Below, in pieces: positions 17,230 to 40,904 of a stretch of DNA of 64,000 nucleotides. A model generated the notes under the pieces. That model ran no database searches and was not told the DNA's origin. It saw only the letters and a program-made list of their open reading frames with translations. The DNA comes from the human T2T-CHM13v2.0 reference genome, Homo sapiens: the NCBI RefSeq assembly GCF_009914755.1, contig NC_060929.1. One strand, 5' to 3'. Made by a program: the position numbers and the translations under genes. Numbering within the stretch: position 1 is the stretch's first letter; each line of letters begins with the position of its first letter.

Positions 17230-17687
17230 CAGGGCTGCTTGATGAGAGTGTTGCTTCGTTCTCCCTTCACAATAGCTCCTGTGGTAAGGAGTGTGCTTGG
17301 CCGGCTGTCCCCCTCCGTGACACCTTGGGGGTCCACTCTGCAGCTTTGCTGAAGCCACACTCTCATAAGCTGCTTCCAGCCAGTGACTGGGCATGGTAGT
17401 GTAATAGAGCTGGGCCAGTCTTTGTCATGTGGGACTCTTCTACCAGGCAATCTTTGTTCTGGGGCTCTTTGTTGGCCTGGTTGAGACTTTCTCTGAGCTG
17501 TGCTGTAGTCAGAAGCTCGTCCATTCCTCCATCCCCTCTCTTTCTCTTTATAGGTATCAGCCCCGCATGGCAGTGTGAGGCTATCCCTGCCTTCTCAGGC
17601 TCTATCCTCCCTTCATGCTTCAAAGACTTTTCTTACACTTCTAATTCCATCTCACCGTCTGCTTCCCAGAGGACCAGAACTGGCACA
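17230..17687 (+). mobile_element. Ancient ERVL LTR (LTR33-like)
   Basis: 3' end CTGCTTCCCAGAGGACCAGAACTGGCACA and internal GCTGCTTCCAGCCAGTGACTG resemble the LTR33/LTR16 group. Confidence 0.5.
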
Positions 17688-17800
17688 AGATCTTTGTGAA
17701 AAGTGTTTCTTCTTTTTTCAAATGTCTGGGCGGTTTCACATACTTACCCCACTCTCCTTTTTGTGAGAATCCAGACCCAGGGATTTTTGTCTGTAACTAT

Positions 17801-18987
17801 TGAGATGGGATTTTTCCCTTGATCTTGACCCCCTTCGTGGGCAGGAACTGGAGTGTCTCGTTTCACTCAGCCTGCAGTTCATGGACGGCTAAGTGTTAAC
17901 AGCTCAGTGAAGGGTCAGGGTGACAGCCTCCTGCACCTGCCCTTTTTCGACACCCAAGTTCTTGTTCGGTGTCCAGGAAGAATCAAGTCACAGGAACTCT
18001 TTGAAAGACAATGAATGTGGAAGACTTTATTGAGCAGTAGAAGTGGCTCTCATGGAAGGGGAGCTGGAAACGGGATGGTGCAGGAAGAAGGTGATCTTTC
18101 CCTGAAACCCAGCCATCTCTGGCTGGGCTCCCCTCCAAAATCGCACCGTCTGAAGTTAGCCACATTTATCCATAGTCTCTCATGCTCAGTTGTTTCTCTG
18201 CTCACCTCTCAACTGCTTGCATCCCCAAGGCTCAGCAGCTTGTATCCCTGAGGTTCAGCCACTTGTGTTGCTCTTTTCTTCCTTTTTTTTTCTGCCAGCT
18301 GGTCTGGATTTTATGGGCACAGGATGGGGGAGGGGCTGTTGAGGCATGTAAACCAGAGCAACTCCATCTTGAATGGAGATAGGTAAAATGAGGCTGAGAC
18401 CTACTGGGTTGCATTCCCAGATGGTTAAGGCATTTTAAGTCACAAGATGAGATAGAAGGTCGGCACAAGATACAGGTTATGAAGACCTTGCTAATAAAAC
18501 AGTTTGCAGTAAAGAAGCCAGTTAAAACCCATCAAAACCAAGATGGCAATAAGAGTGACCTCTGGTCTTCCTCACTGCTACACTCCCACTAGTGCCATGA
18601 CAGTTTACAAATGCCATGGCAATGTCAGGAAGTTACCCTATATGGTCTATAAAAAGGAGGCATGAATAGTCCACCTCTTGGCATATAATCAAGAAATAAC
18701 CATAAAAATGGGCAACCAGCATCCCTCAGTACAAGTCCCTCTTTTATTCCTCTACTTTCTTAATAAATTTGCTTTCATCTTACTCTATGGACTCGCCCTG
18801 AATTCTTTCCTGTGCAAGATCCAATAACCGTCTCTTGGGGTCTGGATCAGGACCACTTTCCTGTAACAGGGTGGGTCCAAAAGGCAATCATTTGGGCCGA
18901 AAAAAGCGGGGTCAGCTGTTTTCACTTAGGGCCAGAGTTCTAGGCTTGAGGGAGGTGTTTAACTGGGAGCCCAGCCATTCTGTATCA
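17801..18987 (-). mobile_element. ERV1 solo LTR (MER48/MER50/MER52 group; subfamily uncertain), host of MER41A
   Basis: Minus-strand start TGATACAGAATGGCTGGGCTCCC...CCCTAAGTGAAAACAGCTGACCCC; minus-strand AATAAA near 18026-18031. Confidence 0.6.
18337..18868 (+). mobile_element. MER41A solo LTR nested in another LTR
   Basis: CCAGAGCAACTCCATCTTG...GGCTGAGACCTACTGGG...CTTGGGGTCTGGATC...CCTGTAACA; 4-bp near-TSD GGGC/GGGT. Confidence 0.88.
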
Positions 18988-19034
18988 TTGTGAGAGTCTA
19001 CTTCAAAGAGTAAAGTGATTTGGCTCTGTTTAAA

Positions 19035-20591
<1,557 letters not shown>

Positions 20592-21173
20592 CTACATCAT
20601 ATATTTCTACAGTGTTTGAAATTTTTTCCAAATATTATGTTGCTTTGGATTTTAAGAAAAGGAAGATGAATTGGAAGAATGAGGAGAAGGAAAAGGAAAT
20701 AATTAAAGAAGAAAGGGAATGAGGAAGAAGGGAAAAGAAGAAAGGAAGAAAAACCTTTCCTGGCCCTACAGCCCTTTCCTTCTCAATCAAATTTCATAAA
20801 TGTCCACTTCCAAACTTCCCATTCACACCTCAGCCCTTCTCAGCCTGGCTTCTGTGTCCTTTTCTTCCTTAAATGTACTGACAATGACCACAATGCAAGG
20901 AGACACATCTGTTATTATCTTACTGATTTTTCTGACTTATTTGATACAGCTGGCTAATGTTTTTGGAGCCCCTAGGAAGCAAAAGCACTGTCCGTTATTT
21001 TTCTCTTTATATGAGAATAATACATTATAAAATGATTATTGTCACCAAGCAAAGAACAGTGTTTAATGATACATGGGAACATAAAATGCTCAATGCATGC
21101 ACAAAGCTCTAGTTAAAAAAAAAAATCTTCGTGTCCACAACTGTGATTGTTTTTTACTGTTCACCATTGCTAC

Positions 21174-21875
21174 TGATAACCCAAATGAGTGACCAAGGCA
21201 AGGATCTCAATCAATCGAGGTTTATTAAGCCAGCTTTATGGTGTGCCTGAGAAAAGCACAAGCTACAGACACATCTGTGGCTGTTCTTTCCAAAGATGTT
21301 TTCGGGAAGTTTAGTATTTCTACATTTATACAGGAGGCGAAAGCATCTAGGAAGAGGGACAGGTAGGCAGTAAGGCAAATGGCTACATTCTTGTGAGACT
21401 TTAGCTAGTGCCCAGTAAATCTACACTTTATATATGATAAGGTGAATGTCTGAATTAAAAAAAGGGAGTAAGCAAAGAATCGATTATGCAGACCAATCTG
21501 GGTGAGTGGAGGAATGATTGATCTCTTCTTGTCTTTGTTCCACATCTGAAAAGATAGGCTTGCAATTGACATTATCAGTGTAGAATTGAACAGACTTTAG
21601 TTTTAGGAGCTAAACTTAGATGGCAAATCGAAAGTTACAATTGGCGTTTCCTTGTTTATGGGAGGCCAGAAAAGAATTTACTTATGAATGATCTGTGAGG
21701 GCTGTCATTCCCAGGTGCCTGGGGTTTTTACCTTTCTGCAGGAATCTGGCAGATGCATAGTGCTAGTAACAGCTATTCATTTGGAAGAGGGCGTTGCATG
21801 ACTCAGCCTCCAGGCTTTACTTTCCCTTTGGCATAAGGAGGTTGAATCTCCTGAGATTTTTTATTTTCCTTTATA
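21174..21875 (-). mobile_element. MER4-group ERV1 solo LTR
   Basis: Minus-strand start TATAAAGGAAAATAAAAAATCTCAGGAG; minus-strand AATAAA near 21222; near-TSD CTAC/CTGC. Confidence 0.7.
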
Positions 21876-21879
21876 CTGC

Positions 21880-23640
<1,761 letters not shown>

Positions 23641-23654
23641 GAATAAGCAAAAGT

Positions 23655-27463
<3,809 letters not shown>

Positions 27464-27901
27464 TCATTAATAGTCAGATAACATATTTCAGATTCATTTT
27501 TCTTGTCATTCAGATTTCCCTGACCACTCCCTTTAGAGTATCTACCCTGTCATTCTCTATTACATCACCTTATGCTAATTCTCTGCATATAACTTTCTAC
27601 ATTTGCCTTTTTTTTTGGTTTATTTATATGCTTGTAGTTTTCTTCTCCCAACATCTCAAATTATAAGTTTCATGGGTCCTTTAGTACCCAACATGAAAAC
27701 ATTTATATCGTGTTTTACTCCACATTCGTTATTTCAATCAAACCTGAATCTTGTCTCTAGATGAACTGTCACCACATTCAGATTCTTTTATAACTTGTTC
27801 AAATGTTTAGGGTCTTTTCATTTATAGTCTCACTACTCAAAATGTGGTCCTCAGATCAGCAGCATTGACATCACCTGGGAGCTTTTTAGAAACATAGACT
27901 C

Positions 27902-28447
27902 TGTTATAAATAAAGTTTTGGTGCCACAAAATAAATGGCACTCAAATATAAAATTTTCTTTTTTTCTTCTCAGCAAGGCAATTTACTCCTATAGAAGGGT
28001 GCACCCTCACAGATGGAGCAATGGTGAGTGCACAGCTGGACAAGGGAGGGGAAGGGGTTCTTATTCCTGAGGCATGTGGCCCCTGCTGCTGTGTCGTTCC
28101 CCTGTTGGCTAGGGTTAGACCGCACTGGCTAAACAAATTCCGATTGGCTAATTTAAAGAGTGACAGGGTGAGTGGTACGGTGGGAAAAATGGTTATGGCA
28201 GAGTGGAAATCTGAATGAGTCAGGGTGGGGAATGAGTCAGGGCAGAGCAGGTAATCAGAGTGAGTCAGGGTGGAGCAGGTAATCAGAATGAGTCATGGTG
28301 GAGCAGGTAATCAGAATGAATCAGGATGGAGCAGGTAATCGAAAAAGATTGCTTTACGAGGAAATTAAGTTTAAAAGTAGAAGGCAAAGAATTGAACATA
28401 CTGACATACTGATTCTTTGAAGAGAAATTCAGAACTCATATCTAACA
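27902..28447 (-). mobile_element. LTR10A/LTR10F (HERV-I) solo LTR with internal AP-1 tandem repeat
   Basis: Minus-strand start TGTTAGATATGAGTTCTG, end TTTATAACA; TSD ACTC at 27898-27901 and 28448-28451. Confidence 0.88.
28216..28340. promoter_or_regulatory. AP-1 (TGAGTCA) array with 28-bp period; candidate enhancer
   Basis: TGAGTCA at 28216, 28233, 28261 and 28289; variant TGAATCA at 28317. Confidence 0.65.
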
Positions 28448-28619
28448 ACTCTCAGGCTACATCCCAGATTATGATTTAAATAATAATCTCAACGTGAATG
28501 ATACCTGGAGGTTACTTGTTCACCTAAAGTTTGAGAAGCACTGGCATGTAGTCAGTAACTATTAGCCCTAATCTGTGCCTCTCTGTAATGCAACTCTAAT
28601 GTACCTTATTTACCTAATT

Positions 28620-29666
<1,047 letters not shown>

Positions 29667-30293
29667 TTAAATAATTTATCTCGTTTAGTCTTCACAGTGG
29701 TCTTGTGGGTGGACATTGCCATATGATTTCACCTACAAGGAAACGTAGACTTCAAGATTAAGGGACTTGCCCAAGGAGCTGAAATTTGTAGCGAGTTCTC
29801 TAATTCCCTACCTGAGCACATTCCATCCCCTCACGGTTCCTCTTTCTGTAAGTGTGTGGAGGTTTCCTCCTCTTGTTCCTTAGTGCTTTGCATTTTATGA
29901 TCGTGCATCACTTTAAGAAAAGAGAAAATAAAAATGGGAACAATCTATATATTTTCAGATAATCTGGGTCCAAAATTTAGGAAAACATTATTATACTGCC
30001 ACCTTCTGGATCTTTTGAATACTTACACATTAATAACGGATATCTGAAACCAGGTCTGTCCAACTCTTTCAAATCTCGTGGTGACATATTACATTTTGTT
30101 TATAATTATTTTTCTTTAAAGACAGAGACAGTAAAAACATTTCTTTAGTGAATTGAGAGAGTTCTTCTCAACTTAATACATATCAAATATGGAGGATAAA
30201 ATTAAATGTATTCAGAGGTTGGTTATTATTTTTGTTTGTAGAGGATGGAGAAAAACGTGTACAGTTAAACTTTACTAGTAATTCAACAGCCAC

Positions 30294-31250
30294 TTTTTTT
30301 TTTTCGGAGACCAGAGTTTTATTATTACTCAAACCAGTCTCCCTGAGCATTCAGTGAGCAGAGTTTATTTATTTTTATTTTTATTTTATTTTTGAGACCG
30401 AGTCTTGCTCTATCGCTCAGGCTGGAGTGCAGTAGTGCTATCTCGGCTCACTGCAACCTTTGCCTCCCATGTTCAAGCGATTCTCTGCCTCAGCCTCCTG
30501 AGTAGCTGGGCTTACAGGCGCCCACCACCACTCCCAGCTAATTTTTGTATTTTTAGTAGAGACCGGGTTTCACCGTGTTGGCCAGGCTGGTCTAGAACTT
30601 CTGACCTCAAGTAATCTGCCCGTCTTGGTCTCCCAAAGTGCTGGGATTACTGGTGTGAGCCACCGCACCTGGCCCGGAGCAGAGTTTTTAAGGATAACTT
30701 GGTGAGTGCGGGGAAGCCAGTGAGCCAGGAGTGCTCATTGGTCAGAGGTGAAATCATAGGGAGTGGAAGTTGTCTTCTTGGGCTGAATCAGTTCCTGGTT
30801 GGGGGCCACAAGATCAGTTGAGCCAGTTTATTGATCTGGGTGGTGCCAGCTGATCCATCAAGTGCAGGGTCTGCAAAATATCTCAAGCACTGATCTTAGG
30901 AACAGTTTAGAGAGGGTCAGAATCTTGTAGCCTCCAGCTGCATGACTCCTAAACCATAATTTCTAATCTTGTGGCCAATGTTAGTCCTATAAAGGCAATC
31001 TAGTCCCCAGGCAAGAAGGAGATCTGCTTTGGGAAATGGCTGTTACCGTCTTTGCTTAAACTATAAACTACAAACTACAAAGTTTCCCCTAAAGTTAGTT
31101 CAGCCTATGCCAGGAATGAACAAGGACAGCTTGGAGGTTAGAAGCAAGATGGAGTTGGTTAAGTTAGATCTCTTTCACTGTCTCAGTCATAATTTTGCAA
31201 AGGAGGTTTCAATCCCTCCCTTTGGGTTTTATAACAACTTAATCTTCAGG
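30294..31250 (-). mobile_element. LTR8-type ERV 3' fragment (internal end + PPT + U3-R + poly-A), containing Alu 30367-30674(-)
   Basis: Minus-strand TGAAACCTCCTTTGCAAAATTATGACTGAGACAG at 31211; AATAAA (30318-30323) followed 13 nt later by A11; TSD TCAACAGCCAC at 30283-30293 and 31251-31261. Confidence 0.8.
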
Positions 31251-31391
31251 TCAACAGCCACCTTTTGGCCGTTAGGTTCAACCTCTTCCAATTACAGTTT
31301 TTAAGATTAATGTTAATAAAGGTGTGGGTATAAAAGCACATTCACTGCATGTGAGGGTATAAATTATTATTGCCTTTGGGGAAAGCAATTA

Positions 31392-31749
<358 letters not shown>

Positions 31750-31909
31750 TTACTTTATGAATTCTACTTACGTATGTTCTTTTTAATGTCTATAAAAATG
31801 TATATATGTAAAAGATGTACAATTTTACATTGTTTATAAAAGATTAGGAAAACCCAGAATACTTAAGAAAATGATGATACTATGCTTATGCAATGTCATT
31901 CTATGCAAG

Positions 31910-34135
31910 TGATGTGGTTTTGCTGTGTCCCCATCCAAATCTCAACTTGAATTATATCTCCCAGAATTCCCATGTGTTGTGGGATTGACCCAGGGGAGGT
32001 AATTGAATCATGGGGATTGGTCTTTCCTGTGCTATTCTCGTGATAGTGAATAAGTTTCACAAGATCTGATGGTTTTATCAGGGGTTTCTGCTTTTGCTTT
32101 TTCCTCATTTTCTCTTGTCGCCACCATGTAAGAAGTGCCTTTTACTTCCCACCATGTGGAACTATAAGTCTAATTAAACCTCTTTTTCTTCCCAGTCTCT
32201 AGTATGTCTTTATCAGCAGCATGAAAACAGACTAATACAGTAAATTGGTACTAGGAGTGGGGCGTGGCTGAAAAGATATCCGGAAGTGTGGAAGCAACCT
32301 TGGAAGTGGGTAACAGGCAGAGATTGGAACAGGTTGGAGGGCTCAGAAGAAGACAGGAAAATGTGGGAAAGTTAGGAACTTCCTAGAGAATTGTTGAATG
32401 GCTTTGCCCGAAATGCTGATAGTGATATGGACAATAAAATCCAAGCTGAGGTGGTCTCAGATGGAGATGAGGAACTTGTTGGGAACTGGAGCAAAGGTGA
32501 CTCTTGTTATGTTTTAGTAAAGAGACTGGTGGCATTTTGCCCCTGCCCTAGAGATTAGTGCAACTTTGAACTTGAAAGAGATGATTTAGGCTATCTGGTG
32601 GAAGAAATTTCTAAGAAGCAAAGCATTCAAGAGGTGACTTGGGTGTTGTTCAAGGCATTCAGTTTTATAAGGGAAGCAGAGCATAAAAATTTGGAAAATT
32701 TGCAGGCTCTGTGATAGAAAAGAAAAACCCATTTTCTGGGGAGAAATTCAGGCCAGCTGCAGAAATTTGCATTAGTAACAAGGAGCCTAATGTTAATCCC
32801 CAAGAACATGGGGAAAATTTCTCCAGGCCATGTTAGAGACCTTCACAGCTGTCCCTCCCAATCACAGGCCTGGAGGCCCAGGAGGAAAAAGTGGTTTTGT
32901 GGGCCAGGCCCAGGGTCCCCATGCTGTGTGTAGCCTCGGGACTTGGTGCCCTATGACGCAGCTGCTCCAGCTGTGGCTGAAAGGGGTCAACGTACAGCTT
33001 GGGCTGTGGCTTCAGAGGGTGGAAGCCCTAAGCCTAGACAGCTTCCATGTGGTGTTAAGCCTGTGGGTGCGCAGAAGTCAAGAATTGAGGTTTGAGAACC
33101 TCTGCCTAGATTTTAGAAGACGTATGGAAATGCCTGGATGCCCAGGCAAAAGTTTTCTGCAGTGATGGGGCCCTCATGGAGAACCTCTGCTAGGGTAGTG
33201 CAGAAGGGAAATGTAGGGTTAGAACCCCCACACAGAGTCCCTACTGAGGCACTGCCTAGTAGAGCTATGAAAAGAGGGCCACCATCCTCCAGACCACAGA
33301 ATGTTAGATCCAACAACAGCTTGCACTGTGCACCTGGAAAAGCCACAGACACTCAATGCCAGCCCATGAAAGCAGCTGGGAGGGAGGCTGTATCCTGCAA
33401 AACCACAGGGGCAGAGCTGCCTAAGACTATGGGAACCCACCTCTTGCATCAGTGTGAGCTGGATATGAGACCTGAAGTCAAAGGAGATGATTTTGGAGCT
33501 TTCAAATTTGACTGCCCCACTGGATTTCAGACTTGCATGGGCCCTGTAACTCCTTTGTTTTGGCCAATTTCTCCCATTTGGAACTGCTGTATTTACCCAA
33601 TACCTGTATCTCCATTGTATCTAGGAAGTAATTAGCTTGCTTCACAGGCACCTAGGCAGAAGGGACTTGCTTTGTCTCAGAAGAGACTTTGAACTGTGGA
33701 CTTTTGGGTTAATACTGAAATGAGTTAAGACTTTGGGGAACTGCTGGAAAGGCATGATTGGATTTGAAACGTGAGTACATGAGATTTGGAGGGCTAGGGG
33801 TGGAATGATATGGTTTGGCTCTGCCCACACCCAAATTTCAACTTGAATTGTATCTCCCAGAATTCCCACGTGTTGTGGGATTGACCCAGGGGAGGTAATT
33901 GAATCATGGGGGTTGGTCTTTCCTGTGCTATTCTTGTGATAGTGAATAAGTCTCACAAGATCTGACGATTTTATCAGGGGTTTCTGCTGTTGCTTTTTCC
34001 TCATTTTCTCTTGTTGCTGCCATGGAAAAAGTGCCTTTCACCTCCTGCCATGTGGAACCGTAAGTCCAGTTAAACCTCTTTTTCTTCCCAGTTTTTGGTG
34101 TGTCTTTATCAGCAGCATGAAAACAGATTAATAAA
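31910..34135 (+). mobile_element. Full THE1A-type MaLR: 5'LTR 31910-32239, internal 32240-33805, 3'LTR 33806-34135
   Basis: Two 330-bp direct repeats; THE1-int sequence (GTAAATTGGTAC...GGGGTGGAA PPT); near-TSD GCAAG/ACAAG. Confidence 0.92.
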
Positions 34136-34936
34136 ACAAGTGTCTTAAAAAATGGTATAAACATGCTGGCAATAATAACTGATATTATAAGAGCTTTGTA
34201 ATGTGTTTTAAATATTGGCCTGAAACTGGGAAATATTATACAAAATAAGTACCATTTTCATATTTCTTACTAGCAGATATTTATGCAGTAAAAACTGCAT
34301 TTTGGTTTCTGCTGCTAGAAGAGAGATGCACTCAGATTTTTAAAAATGGAACATGAGGCAGTAAAATATAATCTTAGCTTTATAATCTATGATACAATAA
34401 ATAAGATAAAAATAAATTGAGTATAAGTTGTACTATGTAGTTTCTACTTAATACAAATATGAACTAACAAAAAGAAAAATTTAGTGCTCTGTGAAATGCA
34501 TGCCATGAGGCTGAATCTACTGTACAATGTCTTTTTACTTATATTCATTTCTCTATGAATAAAATTTTAAATAGTTATGATAATGATGACTGATCTAATT
34601 TATTAAATCTTTTCTACATGCCAAGTGTTGTCCTAAGTGCTTAACAGGTAATGTCACTTGATCTTCTCTATGATTCTGGAAAGACTTGTAAAGGTAATAT
34701 TCCTATGTAATAAAATTGAGAGTAAGGAAAGTTAAGTGAGTTGCTAAAGATCACACAGCCAGCAAGTGGTCAACTCAGGACTTGAGCCCAAATATTCTGA
34801 ATTCATATGAAACGTTTTTTCTGTTATACCAAAATGGGTCAAAAGGGAAAAAATAGTGCAAATGCTATATTAGAATGTTTGGTAATGTATATGAAGTACT
34901 TAACTCACTGTCTGGCACACAGTAAGTACTGAGTAA

Positions 34937-36968
<2,032 letters not shown>

Positions 36969-37291
36969 CTTGCCTTGTGCCTTTGGACAGGAGTCAGCAG
37001 CAATCTGTTTGCTCATAGCAATCGGTTGTAAATGACAGAGCAGCTTAACCCATTTGATTGAACCACTGGAGTCTTGGAGATAGCAGTGGTGGTGATGTTG
37101 CAGCCAAGAAACCCTTTGCAAAGTAGATGACCAGTTCAGTCATGGCAGCAGAGTGGACTGTAGGAGAAGGTGAGGTCAGAGTGGAAGCTTTGAGAGCCAG
37201 AGCTGTTGGCATTACTTGCTTGGCCCTGCCACAGCTGAGACTGAAAGACTAATACACTGCTTAATTGCTTTCCTGTCTTTCCCTTACCCCC

Positions 37292-37712
37292 TAATATAGT
37301 ATGGATGCTTGTCCCTTTCAATTCTCAGGTTGAAATGTGGTCACCAATGTTGGAGGTGGGGGGCCTAGTAGGGGGTATTTTGGTCATGGGGGCAGATCTC
37401 TCATGAATGGCTTGGTGCCCTTCTTGTAGTAATAAGTGAGTTTTCACACTGTCAGTTCACACGAGAACTGGTTGTTAAACAAAAGAGCATGGCACCTCAC
37501 CTCTCTCTCTTGCTCCCTCTCTTGCCATGTGACATACTGGCTCCCCTTGACTTCCCCCATGAGCAAAAGTTTTCTAAGCCTTCACCAGAAGAGCAGATGC
37601 TGGCACCATGCTTCTTGTACAGCTTGCAGAACCATGAGCCAAATAAACCTCTTTTCTTAAATAAATGACTCAGCCTCAGGTATTCCCTTATAGCACACAA
37701 AACAGACGAACA
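37292..37712 (+). mobile_element. MST-type (MSTB-like) MaLR solo LTR
   Basis: CCAATGTTGGAGGTGGGG...AGCAGATGCTGGCACCATGCTTCTTGTACAGC...AGCCAAATAAACC; near-TSD CCCCC/CTCCC. Confidence 0.75.
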
Positions 37713-39396
37713 CTCCCCTCTTTTCTCTTTTCTTCCACATGATCAGTACTCTTTTCTAGTATAATACTTTTAAGTTGCCCAGACTGGAGATGAATTGTTG
37801 GAAGCAAAGAATAAATTGTTAAGGCTATAATGTCAGGGCTCATGAGAGAGAATAGTTAGGTCAGGGGTATCTGGAAAATATGCCTGAAAGTGCATGAAAA
37901 TTTACATGGAAGAATTTTTTTTTGGTTGAAAGAGAAGTAAAAAAAGGGAGGGCAGAGGACAGAGGCTGCGTCACAGTTAAGTCTTTTCAATGAACTTGTG
38001 TTACCAATAACTCATGAGAAACACTGCTTTAATGTATTCCAAAATAATCAGGATCAATAGCACCTTTCATTGCCTAGGAGCTTAATTCATCAGTGACATT
38101 CCTCCCATGATTTTTTTTGAAGGTTGCTCTCAGATAAAATATAAAATGCTTAAGAAACCCAATTTTAGTTATAGGCAGTGTCATATTTTTTATGTTCTTG
38201 CTGAAGGGACTTAGGGTGAATAGAGGGTCAATTTTATCTTTTTGCACTAGAAGGGCACACAGGCAATTTACTCAGCAGAGTATTTATTAGTTATGAGAGT
38301 GAAAAAAGTTCCCTTGGCATAAGGTATGAGGAATTTATTGGATTAGATTATATAATAAGCTTTCTCGGAATGGGCCACATCAATATACTTTATAGCACTT
38401 TACTGGGGTCATTCATCAATAATGGATCAAGCACTAGGTAAAACCTTTCCTAGTTAGAAACTCTCTGGCTGAAGTTGCAGCCCTGAGATCTGGGATTGTG
38501 TCTATGAATGTTAGTCAATGTGCAAAATGCTATGAGAACCTACTATGGGCCCAAAGGCAGAGCATCATCGAGTCTTAAAATGCAGATTGTTTGGAGGAAT
38601 GCTTACAAATGTTTGCCAGAAGAAGGGCCACATAATTTCCCTGCCATGCAAAGTGAATTGTAAAGAGAGTAGGGATGCAGTCTCATGTGGTGCAGGGTTG
38701 TTCCTGAGCAGAGGTTTTAAGATGGATGAAGGCTGGCTTTTCAGGCTCTAATTGTGAGTGGACGAGATGGGATCTGGTATACAAGTGGAGGAATTTGCCT
38801 CAGCAAGGAGCATGTGGAGTTCACCTATGGTGACAAAACGTAAGGCAGAGTATTTTGGGCACAGATGTTGGTGGGTGGATGGATAGACAATAAGAATGTG
38901 TGTAAATACTCTTGCAATGGATTCCATTTTATCAATGACATAAGAAAATTATTGGCTAAGAATGAATATGAGACAGTAGATATTGGAGATATGAGGGAAA
39001 AATGAAGTGTGAAATGGTTATCCACAGTCTTTCAGTGTAAGAATTCTTAGATTCTTTCAGTCTAAGGTATACTTATCAACTTTCCCCATCACACTCACCT
39101 ATCCCTGGCATCCAAATTATCAACATTATATAGAAACCAGTGAAGAAAGATTCACTGTGATGAACAAGAGAAGAATATCACAGGGCACAGACATGCAATG
39201 GTTAAGCTCAGTACCGATTCTACTAAGCCCCATGGGGCTGAGAGGGAGCTCTGTTCCTGTCACCTAAAGTCTTGGTAGCATCAACTCACCCATCTTCATG
39301 CCCATCCCAGTGCCCCCCAAAGACATCAGCTTGATTACATGGGTAGGAGTAGGGGCAGAGGCATTTTCCTGTCTGGAATGCCTGCACAAGAGTATT

Positions 39397-40787
<1,391 letters not shown>

Positions 40788-40904
40788 CTTGTATTTTCTT
40801 ATATTTGTATGAAAAGAACACTGAAAGGGTGCCCCAAAACTAACACAAGTGGTTACTAATGAGAAGATAGGCAGGAGGATAGAGATGGGCAGAAATGGAG
40901 TCCT

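Larger units (their letters stand above)
27826..28546. mobile_element. MER5A relic split by the LTR10
   Basis: CTCAAAATGTGGTCC...CACCTGGGAGCTT..TTAGAAA left half and CTCAGGC...GTTTGAGAAGCACTG right half. Confidence 0.7.

Noticed and set aside
17121-17766. Overlapping 60-90 aa ORFs suggesting a processed pseudogene
   Set aside because: No recognisable protein, poly-A or TSD; sequence resembles an LTR33-like ERVL LTR
20655-20752. Purine-rich GAA/GGA tract as a triplex element
   Set aside because: Irregular low-complexity sequence without a clear mirror repeat; common genome-wide
28216-28340. Regularly spaced repeats as a CRISPR-like array
   Set aside because: Contiguous tandem units with no unique spacers, inside a retroviral LTR, with no cas genes
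32830-33635. 111-aa and 165-aa ORFs as a domesticated gene
   Set aside because: Frameshifted remnants of the THE1 internal ORF, common to many copies
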